NCBI GenBank assembly: GCA_963707855.1
Contig: CAVPRQ010000020.1
Location: forward strand, 41,940 to 105,939
Length of the DNA: 64,000 bases
Source: an uncultured Thermoleophilia bacterium
Lineage (GTDB): Bacteria; Actinomycetota; Thermoleophilia; UBA2241
Direction: 5' to 3'
Within the stretch, counting starts at the first letter, position 1. Every line of letters starts with the position of its first letter. Made by a program: the position numbers and the translations under genes. Under the pieces are notes generated by a model, which did no database searches, had not been told where the DNA came from, and saw nothing but the letters and a program-made list of their open reading frames with translations. Positions 53,716 to 62,330 of the stretch are shown piece by piece.

Positions 53716-54342
53716 CTACGCCACCAGCGCCTTGGCCTTGTCGACCGCGGCGGCGGCGTTGGCGCCGTAGCCGTCGGCGCCGATCTCGTCGGCGTAGGCC
53801 TGGGTCACCGGGGCGCCGCCGATCATCACGCGGACGGTCGCGCGCAGGCCGGCGTCCTTCAGGGCGGCGATCGTGGCCACCATCTTGGGCAGCGTCGTGG
53901 TGAGCAGGGCGCTCATGCCGATGATCTGGGCCTGGTGCTCGGCGACTGCGGCGACGAACTGGGCCGGGGTCACCCCGGTGCCGAGGTTGACGACCTCGAA
54001 GCCGGCGCCGGCGAGCATCATCCCGACGAGGTTCTTGCCGATGTCGTGCAGGTCGCCCTCGACGGTGCCGATGACCACCGTGCCGAGGCTCATCGAGTCG
54101 CCCGCGGCCATATGCGGCCGGAGGAGGTCGAGGGCGCCCTGCATGGTGCGCGCGCTGAGCAGCACCTCGGGGATGAAGCAGTCGCCGGAGCGCATGCGCT
54201 CGCCGACCACCTCCATGCCGGGCAGGAGCGCGCCCTCGAGGATCTCGCGCGCGCTGGCGCCGCTCGCGAGGAGCGCGGTGGTGAGGGCGTTCACGGTGCC
54301 CGCGTCGCCCTCGATCAAAGCCTGCTTGAGCTGGTCTTTCAC
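53716..54342 (-). CDS. mtbC: methyltransferase cognate corrinoid protein (MtbC-like by adjacency)
   Basis: GTG start follows GGGAG. ..CFIPEVLLSARTM..VIGTVEGDLHDIGKNLV..IIGMSALLTTTLP..MIGGAPVTQAYADEIGADGY.. Confidence 0.85.
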   Translation of the reverse strand: MKDQLKQALIEGDAGTVNALTTALLASGASAREILEGALLPGMEVVGERMRSGDCFIPEVLLSARTMQGALDLLRPHMAAGDSMSLGTVVIGTVEGDLHDIGKNLVGMMLAGAGFEVVNLGTGVTPAQFVAAVAEHQAQIIGMSALLTTTLPKMVATIAALKDAGLRATVRVMIGGAPVTQAYADEIGADGYGANAAAAVDKAKALVA

Positions 54343-54394
54343 GAATGGCTCCCTTGTGTGGCGGGGCGCCCGCAGTGGGCGTCGAGCTCCGCCG

Positions 54395-55790
54395 TCAGTT
54401 CAGTCCCGTCCGCTCCTTGAAACGCTCGACGCAGTTGATCGGCACGTCGAGCACCCGGGCGATGTTGAACTTGGCCTCGATGAGGTTCGCCTGCCACGGG
54501 TGACTGATGGCGTAGCTGTGGATGCGGCCGAAGCCGTGCTCGCTGCGGATGTCGGTCATCACCGCCACGTCGGAGAGGTCGAACGGCGTCACGCCGAGCT
54601 TGTCGGCGACGTACTGCTTGGCCTCCTTGAGGCGCATTCCGCGGGTCATCTGCATTCGGGCCACGAGATCTCCCCCGGCCCGGATACCGCCCATGCCCGC
54701 TGCCTGCGCGTGAGCGTTGTGCATCCCGTGAGGGTCGCCCGAGCCCACCTACAAGCCGTCCAGGCGCAGAAGGTCGACGCAGGCCTTGGCGCTCCGGCAG
54801 GAGGCGTCGCCCGGCGGGTGCACGAACATCGGCACCCCGCCGACGCCCATGCCGACGTTCATGTGCACGGGGATCTCGGCGACGTCCATGCAGGGCTTCA
54901 CGATGGCGATCGCGCGGGCCATGTTCCAGGCGCAGCTCTTGCCGGTGTTGACGTTGACGACCGGCCCGTACATCGTCGCCCCGGCCTTCTGCACCACCTT
55001 CATCTGCTCGAGAGGCCACATGCCGGCGAGCCGCTTGCCGTCGTACTCGAGCTGGCCGTGCATGCCGAGCACGAACTCGCCCGCCATGCCGAGCTGGACG
55101 CCCATGTCGGGGTACTTCTTGCGGATGATCTCGGTCGCCCGCAGGGTGGCCCAGAACTCGGGGTCGCCGGAGGCGCCGGTGGTGTCGAAGTCGATCGCGT
55201 CGGCGCCGGCCTCCCACATCGCGTCGGCCATGCGGACGGCGTCCGAGACGGCCATCTCGGCGGCCTCCTCGGCGGCCGCGCGCGCCTCGGGGATCTTGCC
55301 CTCGGGCAGGAGCGTCGACCAGTTCTCGCAGGGGCCGTCGTCCTTGGCGTAGAGGCCGAGGTTGGGCATGATGCCGTACTGCATCGGTGCGATCGTGCAG
55401 AGCAGGGCGTCGTGGAGGCGCTGCGCCTCGTAGGGCATGATCGTGCGGATGACCTTGAGCGAGTAGTCGCCGGGGCAGAGCTCGAGGAGGTCGGCGCCCA
55501 TCCACTGCTCGTAGGACTGCATGTCCTGGGTGCGCGTGGCGTGCGTCTTCATGCCGCTGCCGTCGCAGCTGAGGACGATCTCGTCGCCGAGGTCGACGCC
55601 GACGAAGCGCGCCGGGCTGGCGTAGATGTCGAGCGAGGTGCTCCTGCTCGTCGGCGGTGAGGGGCTCGACCTTGGCGCGCTTCACCGCCTGGGCGACGCC
55701 GTCCTCGATGTCGGCGCGGAGCTCGCTCCGCGTCATGCGGGCGATCGAGCCGTCGCCCATGCGCGTGGGTATGCGTGTCTCTCCTGTCAA
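54395..55790 (-). CDS. mtbB: dimethylamine:corrinoid methyltransferase MtbB, pyrrolysine type (one in-frame UAG) with one frameshift near 55628
   Basis: TTG 55790 follows GGAGGGAAGG. (M)TGETRIPTRMGDGSIARMTRSEL.. / ..MQYGIMPNLGLYAKDDGP..IDFDTTGASGD..GMAGEFVLGMHGQLEYDGKRLAGMWP..NVGMGVGGVPM..LRLDGL-TAG-VGSGDPHGM..AGGDLVARMQMTRGMRLKEAKQYVADKLGV.. This is colinear with Methanosarcina MtbB. Confidence 0.88.
54749..54751 (-). other. in-frame UAG (predicted pyrrolysine codon) of mtbB
   Basis: Minus strand reads ..GAC GGC TTG TAG GTG GGC TCG GGC GAC CCT.. The TAG aligns with ..VDGI-O-IGVGDPLGM.. of archaeal MtbB. Confidence 0.85.
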
Positions 55791-55822
55791 GCCTTCCCTC
55801 CGCGTCCGGTGCCGTCTCAGAT

Positions 55823-55850
55823 GGCACTAAGCCACCGGTCAATTGGTGCC
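55823..55850. promoter_or_regulatory. 28-bp imperfect palindrome upstream of mtbB (candidate operator)
   Basis: GGCACTAAGCCACC|GGTCAATTGGTGCC has 10 of 14 positions symmetric around ACCGGT. It lies 33 nt upstream of the mtbB start in a lower-GC spacer. Confidence 0.25.
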
Positions 55851-56479
55851 CTAGTGGACACCCGACGCTCAGTATTCCATGATTCCCCGCTGTACATGGC
55901 GATTCTGGGCAGCTCACGCACTCCACACGATCGTCCCACCCATCCAGAGCTCCCGTGGCCACGGGCACATTCCCACCACCCTGAACGTGCCGCTCCCGAT
56001 GGCTCTACCTCCGCTCGAGGGCCTACTGGCGCCGCCGAACAGCTCCGCCCGACAGTCGGTCGATTTGGCTCTGAACGTCGTCCGAAAGCAAGGGCTCCCG
56101 GTTCTCCAGAAGTGCCTGGGTGGTGTCGTGCAGCCGATCCGAGAGCGTTGGAGAGTCGTTCGCGAGCAGTGGTCGCGGAGTCACGTATCGGAGAACGGGG
56201 AGCGCCACCCGAGCGCCATTGACGAGCCGCTCAGTTGGCTCGACCTCCAGCCGGCTGTGACCGGGGAATCGGAGTCGGGCGTGCTATGATCGCGCAACAT
56301 CCTACCGCTGTCCCCTCCCCTCGCGTTGGTGCTCAGTCCGCGCCTGTCTGCCGCTCCGGCTGTTGGCCATTGAGGCCGTTCGCGGTGCGATGAGACACTG
56401 GAGGAACGTCATCAGATCCGGCCCTACTCCCGAAGGTCCGCACCTCGGGACCGCCGCCGGGTGGCTGATTGGAGAGTGA

Positions 56480-57990
56480 ATGTCAGAGCACAGCCCGACT
56501 CCTGACCTCCGCACCCTCACCCCACGGAGGGCCGAGCAGCCGCTCTCCGCCGGCCGGCTCGCCCGGCTGCGGCAGGCCACCCTCACGATCCTCGAAGAGG
56601 TCGGTGTCCACGTACCTTCTGCGAAGGCGCGCGAGATCTTCCACGGGCACGGGGGCGTCGTCGGCGACGACGGCGTCGTGAGACTGCCCGCTGACCTCGT
56701 TGAGCGCGCGATGGCGTCTGCACCGCGCTCGTTCGTGCTCGGTGGGCGAGAGCCCCGCCTCGACCTGCTGCTCGATGGAACACGCAGCTACGTCTGTACG
56801 ACAGGGGTCGGCGTGCACGTCGTCGACCCGGTCGACGGCCAGCTGCGGCCCTCGCGGGCCGAGGACGTCGCTCGCCTGGCGCGGGTGTGCGACGGGCTGC
56901 CGCTGGTCGCCTTCTACTGGCCACTGGTGAGCGCCCAGGACCACGGCCTTGCGGCGCCGCTGGCCGAGTGCCACGCCGGCCTGACGAACACCGTCAAGCA
57001 CGTCCGCGGCGGCACGACCGTGCGGCCGGCGCTCGCGCGCTACGTGGTCGAGATGGCGCAGGCCGTGGCCGGCGGAGCCGACGGCTGCCGCCGCCGGCCA
57101 CCCGTCTGCGCCAACATCTGCACGATCAGCCCGCTGGCGCACGACGAACACGGGCTCGACTGCGCCTTGACCTACGCGGCCGCAGGCATCCCCGTCAGCT
57201 TCATGGCGATGACCACGATGGGCTCGGTCGCGCCTGCCAGCGTCGTCGGCGCCCTGGTGCAGGGAGACGCCGAGGTGGTCAGCGGCATGGTGCTGCTGCA
57301 GCTCGCCTTCCCGGGGACGCCAGTCATGCACTCGGTGCTGATCTCGCTGATGGACCCGGCGACCGGCGGCTACATCAGCGAGCTGGCGCCGCCGGTCGAC
57401 TGGCTCGCGACGCAGGTCGCGCACGCGTGGGGCGTCCCCTGTCTTGGAGGCGGCGTCGTGATCGGCGACGAAGCCGGCACCGGATGGGTCTCCGGGCGGA
57501 GAGCCGGCGAGGGCGCCCTGCTCGCCCACCTCGCGGGCAGCGAGCTCTGCGGCTTCATCGGCCTGGCCGGCGGGGCCATGGTGCAGTACCCCGAGCTGCT
57601 CGTGCTCGGCTGCGAGGCGCTCGAACTGGCCGCGGAGACCATGGCGGCGATGGAGTTCGACGAGGCCGACCTCGCCCTCGACGTCATCCGCGAGGTCGGA
57701 CCGCGCGGTCACTACCTCAAGCAGCGCCACACGCGTGAGCACCTGCGCGCCCAATCGTGTGCCAGTGTGGGCGCGCCTGCGCGGGCCCACCCCCGACGGT
57801 GCGGCGCTCGCTGACCTCGCGACGCACGCCTCGCGCGGTCTGCACCCGGACGCCGCCCGCGCCGCCGCCCTCGAGGAGTACCAACGGCTTGAGCGCGACC
57901 ACCATCCGGCGCCACTGCCCGCCGACGTCAGGCGCGAGCTCGACGAGCTGCTTGCGCGCGGCCGACCGCGAGGCGGCCTATCTGACATGA
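56480..57990 (+). CDS. non-pyrrolysine MttB-superfamily methyltransferase (paralog A), frameshifts near 57745 and 57958
   Basis: ..LTILEEVGVHVPSAKAREIF..ECHAGLTNTVKHVRGG..RRRPPVCANICTISPLAHDEHGLDCAL..FMAMTTMGSVAPASVVGALVQGDAEVVSGMVL.. At the Pyl-aligned site it reads ..VPCLGGGVVIGDEAG.. (Val, no stop). Confidence 0.85.
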
Positions 57991-58151
57991 GCGTCCGGGC
58001 CGCAAGGCGCCCGTAGCAACACACTAGGCACGGGGCCCACCGGAGCATTCGCTTCGACCGTGTACTTCACACCCGGTTCTGTCCGGAGCCGCGTCTCTCA
58101 CTGGGCGCATGGCGACCTGACCTGCTCGAGGACTCTCAAAGAGGGGGGAAG

Positions 58152-59846
58152 ATGAAGCCTGCGGACATCGTTCTCACCAATGCGCGCGTATACACAGTCG
58201 ACCAGAGTCAACCCTGGGCGCAGGTAGTGGCCGTCGATGGTGAGAGCATCGTCTACGTGGGGACTCAGAAGGACCCCACGTGGGAGAGGTTCATCGGCCC
58301 GGGGACGAACGTGTCCGACATGCACGGACGGCTCGTCCTGCCGGGCATGATCGATAGCCACACCCATCCGCGCCTCGTCGCCATGAGTTCGTGGCGTGTG
58401 ACGTTGCCTTGGACCTACGACAAGACCGAACTGTTCGCCTGGCTGGGGCAATACGCCGCAGCCCACTCCAGGGATGAGGTGCCGTTCATCTGGGCCAACT
58501 ACTACCCGACCGCGATGTTTGGCGACGAGGGTCCGCACAAGGAGGACCTTGACGCCTACGTCTCCGACCGCCCGGTGCTGATCGTGGAGTTCACGGGCCA
58601 TTCCTGCCTCGTGAACTCCAAGATGCTCGAGCTCATGGACGTCGACAAGAACACGCCCGACCCCGAGCCGGGCGTGGCCGTCTTCGTGCGCGACGCCGAG
58701 GGCAACGCCACCGGGTGGGTGAAGGAAGGGGCTTGGCGCTACTTTGCAGGCCACATGTATGCGGCCCTCAACTGGGCGCCGGCGCAGGAGGTGGCCCCCG
58801 AGCTCCTCAACGGATTCCTTGAGTTCCTCTCCTCCAGGGGTGTGTGCGCTCTGTTCGACGCGGGGGGCAGCGATGGCTTCATGGGCAGTGAGGACACCTA
58901 CAAGGCGTTGGCCGAGCTGGACCGTCGAGGCGAGTTGCACATGTACTGCGAAGGCTCGAACCGGTTCCTTGGCGTGGACGATCTGCCCGCGAAGATCGCC
59001 GAACTGCGGAACTGGCAAACCAAGTACGGCAGCAGGCACATCAGCCTGCGCACCATGAAGTTCTTCCTCGACGGGATGACCGAGACGGGGACGGGCGCGG
59101 TACTCGAGCCGCATAGCAACGACCCTGGGGGCACCGACTATGGCCCCCTCTACATGAGCGAGGACGACCTCGTTGCCTGCATGCTCGCCCTCAACGAGGA
59201 GAACCTCGACCTGCACATCCATGTGACCGGTGACCGCGCCTTCCGCACTGCCTGCAACGCCGTCGAGAGGGCACAGCAGCAGCTGGGCGACGCCTGGAGG
59301 GTCCAGGTCACACTCGCGCACTGCATGCTAGTCGACCCCGCCGACATGCCACGGGTCGCCAAGCTGGGCATCATCGTCAACTGGTCTCCACACTGGTCGG
59401 GCGGCTACTTCGGCACGGAGTCGGCCGAGTGGCTGGGCCAGGATCGCTTCAACAGGATGTACCAGTTCAACCCGATCATCAGCACCGGCGGCATTGTCGC
59501 CCTCAGCAGCGATGTCGCCAGCCAGTATGAGGCGCCGCGTGCCGACCCCTTCCTCGGACTTCAGGTCGGCCACACGCGCATCGATCCTTGGTGGCCTATG
59601 GGCGTTCGCGAACCTGCGTCAGGCTGCCTGGCGCTGAGCGACCTGGTCAAGGGCTATACGCTCAACGGCGCCATCCAGCTGCGAAGGGCCGAGACGATGG
59701 GCTCGATCGAGGTCGGCAAGCTCGCGAACATGGTCATCCTCAACAAGGATCTCTTCAGCCTTGCGGGCGACCAGATCCCGTCTGCGCAGCCCGAGGCAGT
59801 ACTGTTCGAGGGCAGGCTCGTTCACGGCACGCTCTTGCTTTCGTGA
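58152..59846 (+). CDS. amidohydrolase-3 (YtcJ-like) family metal-dependent hydrolase
   Basis: ATG follows AGAGGGGGGAAG. ..ADIVLTNARVYTVD..GRLVLPGMIDSHTHP..FFLDGMTETGTGA..DLHIHVTGDRA..TLAHCMLV..VALSSDV..GSIEVGKLANMVILNKD.. Intact 564 aa, with visibly lower GC than the surroundings. Confidence 0.82.
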   Translation: MKPADIVLTNARVYTVDQSQPWAQVVAVDGESIVYVGTQKDPTWERFIGPGTNVSDMHGRLVLPGMIDSHTHPRLVAMSSWRVTLPWTYDKTELFAWLGQYAAAHSRDEVPFIWANYYPTAMFGDEGPHKEDLDAYVSDRPVLIVEFTGHSCLVNSKMLELMDVDKNTPDPEPGVAVFVRDAEGNATGWVKEGAWRYFAGHMYAALNWAPAQEVAPELLNGFLEFLSSRGVCALFDAGGSDGFMGSEDTYKALAELDRRGELHMYCEGSNRFLGVDDLPAKIAELRNWQTKYGSRHISLRTMKFFLDGMTETGTGAVLEPHSNDPGGTDYGPLYMSEDDLVACMLALNEENLDLHIHVTGDRAFRTACNAVERAQQQLGDAWRVQVTLAHCMLVDPADMPRVAKLGIIVNWSPHWSGGYFGTESAEWLGQDRFNRMYQFNPIISTGGIVALSSDVASQYEAPRADPFLGLQVGHTRIDPWWPMGVREPASGCLALSDLVKGYTLNGAIQLRRAETMGSIEVGKLANMVILNKDLFSLAGDQIPSAQPEAVLFEGRLVHGTLLLS

Positions 59847-60552
59847 CGTGCAGCAAGTGCTCAGTCACACGAGCCGGTTTGAGGTGTGTTCGCCAGGACG
59901 TGACACGAACCCCGAGGAGCCCCTTGGCGGTGGCCACGGCCTCGATCGCGTCCTCGGCGTAGCCGTCGGCGCCGATCTCGTCGGCCCAGGCGCGGGTCGT
60001 CGGGGCGCCGCCGATCATCACCTTGACCGAGTCCCGCAGGCCGGCGGCCTTGAGGGCCTCGATCGTCTTCTGCTGGTTGGGCATCGTCGTCGTCAGCAGG
60101 GCGGTGAGGAGGAGGAGGTCGGGGGAGAGCTCGCGGCACTTCGCGACGAAGGTCTCGACGGGGACGTCGCAGCCCACGTCGGTGACCGTGAAGCCGGCGG
60201 CGCTGAGCATGCTGCAGACGATCGTCTTGCCGATCTCGTGGATGTCGCCGGCGACGGTGCCGGCGACGGCGACCCCGAGCGAGCGGCTCGCCCCGCCGGA
60301 GGCGTCGAGGGCGGGCTCAAGGACGGCGACCGCGGCCTTCATCGCCTCGGCCCCCTGGACGAGCTCGGGGAGGAAGAACTCGCCGCGGGCGAAGAGGTCG
60401 CCGACCTCCTCGATGCCCTTGACGAAGCCGAGGTCGAGGATGTCGACCGCGGCAAGGCCGGCGTCGAGGCCCTGCTGGGCGAGCTCGGCCGCGAGCTCGG
60501 CCTCGCCGTCGAGCACGGTCTGCTTCATCTGGGCGTAGAGATCGTTGCTCAC
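59755..60552 (-). CDS. third corrinoid (B12-binding) protein; true 3' end probably near 59860-59900
   Basis: MSNDLYAQMKQTVLDG..FFLPELVQGAEAM..VAGTVAGDIHEIGKTIV..LLLLTALLTTTMP..MIGGAPTTRAWADEIGADGYAEDAIEAVATAKGLLG. After that the ORF runs on as non-family sequence and overlaps the amidohydrolase 3' end. Confidence 0.8.
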   Translation of the reverse strand: MSNDLYAQMKQTVLDGEAELAAELAQQGLDAGLAAVDILDLGFVKGIEEVGDLFARGEFFLPELVQGAEAMKAAVAVLEPALDASGGASRSLGVAVAGTVAGDIHEIGKTIVCSMLSAAGFTVTDVGCDVPVETFVAKCRELSPDLLLLTALLTTTMPNQQKTIEALKAAGLRDSVKVMIGGAPTTRAWADEIGADGYAEDAIEAVATAKGLLGVRVTSWRTHLKPARVTEHLLHVTKARACRERACPRTVLPRAAQTGSGRPQG

Positions 60553-60648
60553 GTCAGCCTCCTCCTGAAGAAGTCCTCTGCTGCTCTACGGACCGGGCAC
60601 CTGTCGTCGTGAGCTCCCTCCGACGATGAACACCGGGCGGTCACGGCG

Positions 60649-62169
60649 TCACTCCCGATCTGCCGACGCCAGCAGCTGTTCAAGCTCCTGGAGCACGTCT
60701 GCGGGCAGTGGTTCGGGGTGATGCTCCTGTTCGATGCGCCGGTAGTCAGCGAAAGCGGTCGCTCTCACGACGGATGAATCGAGGCCAGCGCTCGCTCTCG
60801 TCGCCAACCTGTCGATCGAATCGGCGTCGGAGAGGGACCCGTGAGCATCTGGAGACCTCGGCCTGAGCCACGCCGGGAGTCGCATCTCCCGCATGCGCTG
60901 CCGAGTGTGCCTGTGCTTCAGGAAGTGACCGCGCGGCCCCACCTCGCGGATCACGTCCAGAGCGAAGTCTGTCGCCTCGAACGTGAATGCGCCCAACTCG
61001 CCCACTGCCTCGAGCAGCACCTCATGCTGGAGCATCACCTGTTCGGGGAAGAGCACGGTGGCTGCGCCGGTGAGGCCGAGGTACCCACAGATCTCGCTTC
61101 CCGACAACATGGCTTCGGCAGCGCCAAGGCCGGCGCGTCGCCCGGCCAGCCAGCCGATCCCACCGTCGTCGCTGCTCAGGCTGCCGCCGGACAGACTGGG
61201 CACCCCCCAGGCGTGCGCCAGCTCGGCGGCCATCCAGTGGAGAGGCAGCGGCACCTCGCTCACGTAGCCACCGGAGTAGGGGTCCATAAGCGAGACCAGG
61301 ACGGAATGGAAGACGGGGCAGCCGGGCGCGGCAAGCTGCGCCAGCACCATGCCACTGACCACCTCGGCATCGCCTTGCACCAGCGCTCCGACCGCGGTGG
61401 CCGGTGCGACAGATCCCATCGTCGTCATCGCCATGAAGCTGAACGGGATGCCGGCTTCGGCGTAGATCAGGGCGCAGTCGAGGCCGTTCTCATCGTGCGC
61501 GAGAGGGCTGATGGTGCAGATATTGCCGCAGATGGGCGGGCGACGACGGCGAGACGCCTCGTCGCCGGCCACCACCGTCGCCATCTCGACGACGTAGCGC
61601 GCCAGCTCTGGCCGCATCGTGGTGGCGCCGCGCACGTGCTTGAGGGTGTTGGTCAACCCGGCGTGGCACTCGTGCAGCGGCGCCGTCGTCCCGTGATCCT
61701 GGGCGCTCACAGGAGGCCAGAGGAAGGCGATCAGTGGCAGCGCGTCGCAGACGCGGGCGAACGTGGCCACATCCGCCTTGCGTGACGCGCGCAGCTTGCG
61801 GGTCTCGGTGTCGACCACGTGGACGCCGACTCCCTCCGTCGCCACGTAGCTGTGACTGCCGTCAAGCGTCAGGTCGAATCGCTCCTCTCGACCGGCCAGA
61901 CAGAAGGTCCTCGGTGCCGTGGACATCGCACGCTCGACGACGTCTCGCGGGATGCGCACGACTTGGTCGTCTCCTACCTTGGCGCCGTTGTCGGCGAAGA
62001 TCGTCCGCGCATTGGCCGAGGGCACGTGGACCCCCACCTCTTCGAGAATGAGCATGCTGGCTTCTCGGAGCGACGTCAGCTGACCCTCGTCGAAGACCCC
62101 ATCCGTTCGTCGAGGCGTGAGCGGCAGGATGTCGGGAGTCGGGCTGTAGTCTGTCGGGCTCTTCGGCAC
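60649..62169 (-). CDS. non-pyrrolysine MttB-superfamily methyltransferase (paralog B), intact
   Basis: GTG 62169 follows AGGAGA. ..LILEEVGVHVPSANARTIF..ECHAGLTNTLKHVRGA..RRRPPICGNICTISPLAHDENGLDCAL..FMAMTTMGSVAPATAVGALVQGDAEVVSGMVL.. The Pyl-aligned site reads ..VPSLSGGSLSSDDGG.. (Leu). Confidence 0.88.
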   Translation of the reverse strand: MPKSPTDYSPTPDILPLTPRRTDGVFDEGQLTSLREASMLILEEVGVHVPSANARTIFADNGAKVGDDQVVRIPRDVVERAMSTAPRTFCLAGREERFDLTLDGSHSYVATEGVGVHVVDTETRKLRASRKADVATFARVCDALPLIAFLWPPVSAQDHGTTAPLHECHAGLTNTLKHVRGATTMRPELARYVVEMATVVAGDEASRRRRPPICGNICTISPLAHDENGLDCALIYAEAGIPFSFMAMTTMGSVAPATAVGALVQGDAEVVSGMVLAQLAAPGCPVFHSVLVSLMDPYSGGYVSEVPLPLHWMAAELAHAWGVPSLSGGSLSSDDGGIGWLAGRRAGLGAAEAMLSGSEICGYLGLTGAATVLFPEQVMLQHEVLLEAVGELGAFTFEATDFALDVIREVGPRGHFLKHRHTRQRMREMRLPAWLRPRSPDAHGSLSDADSIDRLATRASAGLDSSVVRATAFADYRRIEQEHHPEPLPADVLQELEQLLASADRE

Positions 62170-62330
62170 CTCAGTCTCCTGTCTCTGATTGGCTGGTATC
62201 GAGATCCCTCGTCGATGCATCGTCGTTCGCGGTCGACGTCAAGCCGCAAGTACTGCGAGGCCGGCTCGCGAAGCGCGAGTCTCCGGAGTTCGCGTCTGCC
62301 GTCGCGTCATCGCAGCGTCGATGGCGCAGG

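Noticed and set aside
51556-55790. The two in-frame TAGs in mttB and mtbB as sequencing errors or real truncations.
   Set aside because: Nearly all errors in this assembly are indels, not substitutions. Both TAGs fall on the exact Pyl column of two unrelated enzyme families, and homology continues in frame on both sides.
55791-56479. A pylT-like tRNA (CUA anticodon loop CTCTAAA, or TTTAGAG on the other strand) and coding ORFs 55879..56289 (+) and 56023..56208 (-) in the 690-bp spacer between mtbB and MttB paralog A.
   Set aside because: By eye I found no tRNA-like cloverleaf or CUA anticodon-loop sequence here, or in other AT-richer spots of the window. The only CTAAAG hit is the M-box. The ORFs have no recognisable family and weak start contexts. 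A proper tRNAscan or covariance search is still needed.
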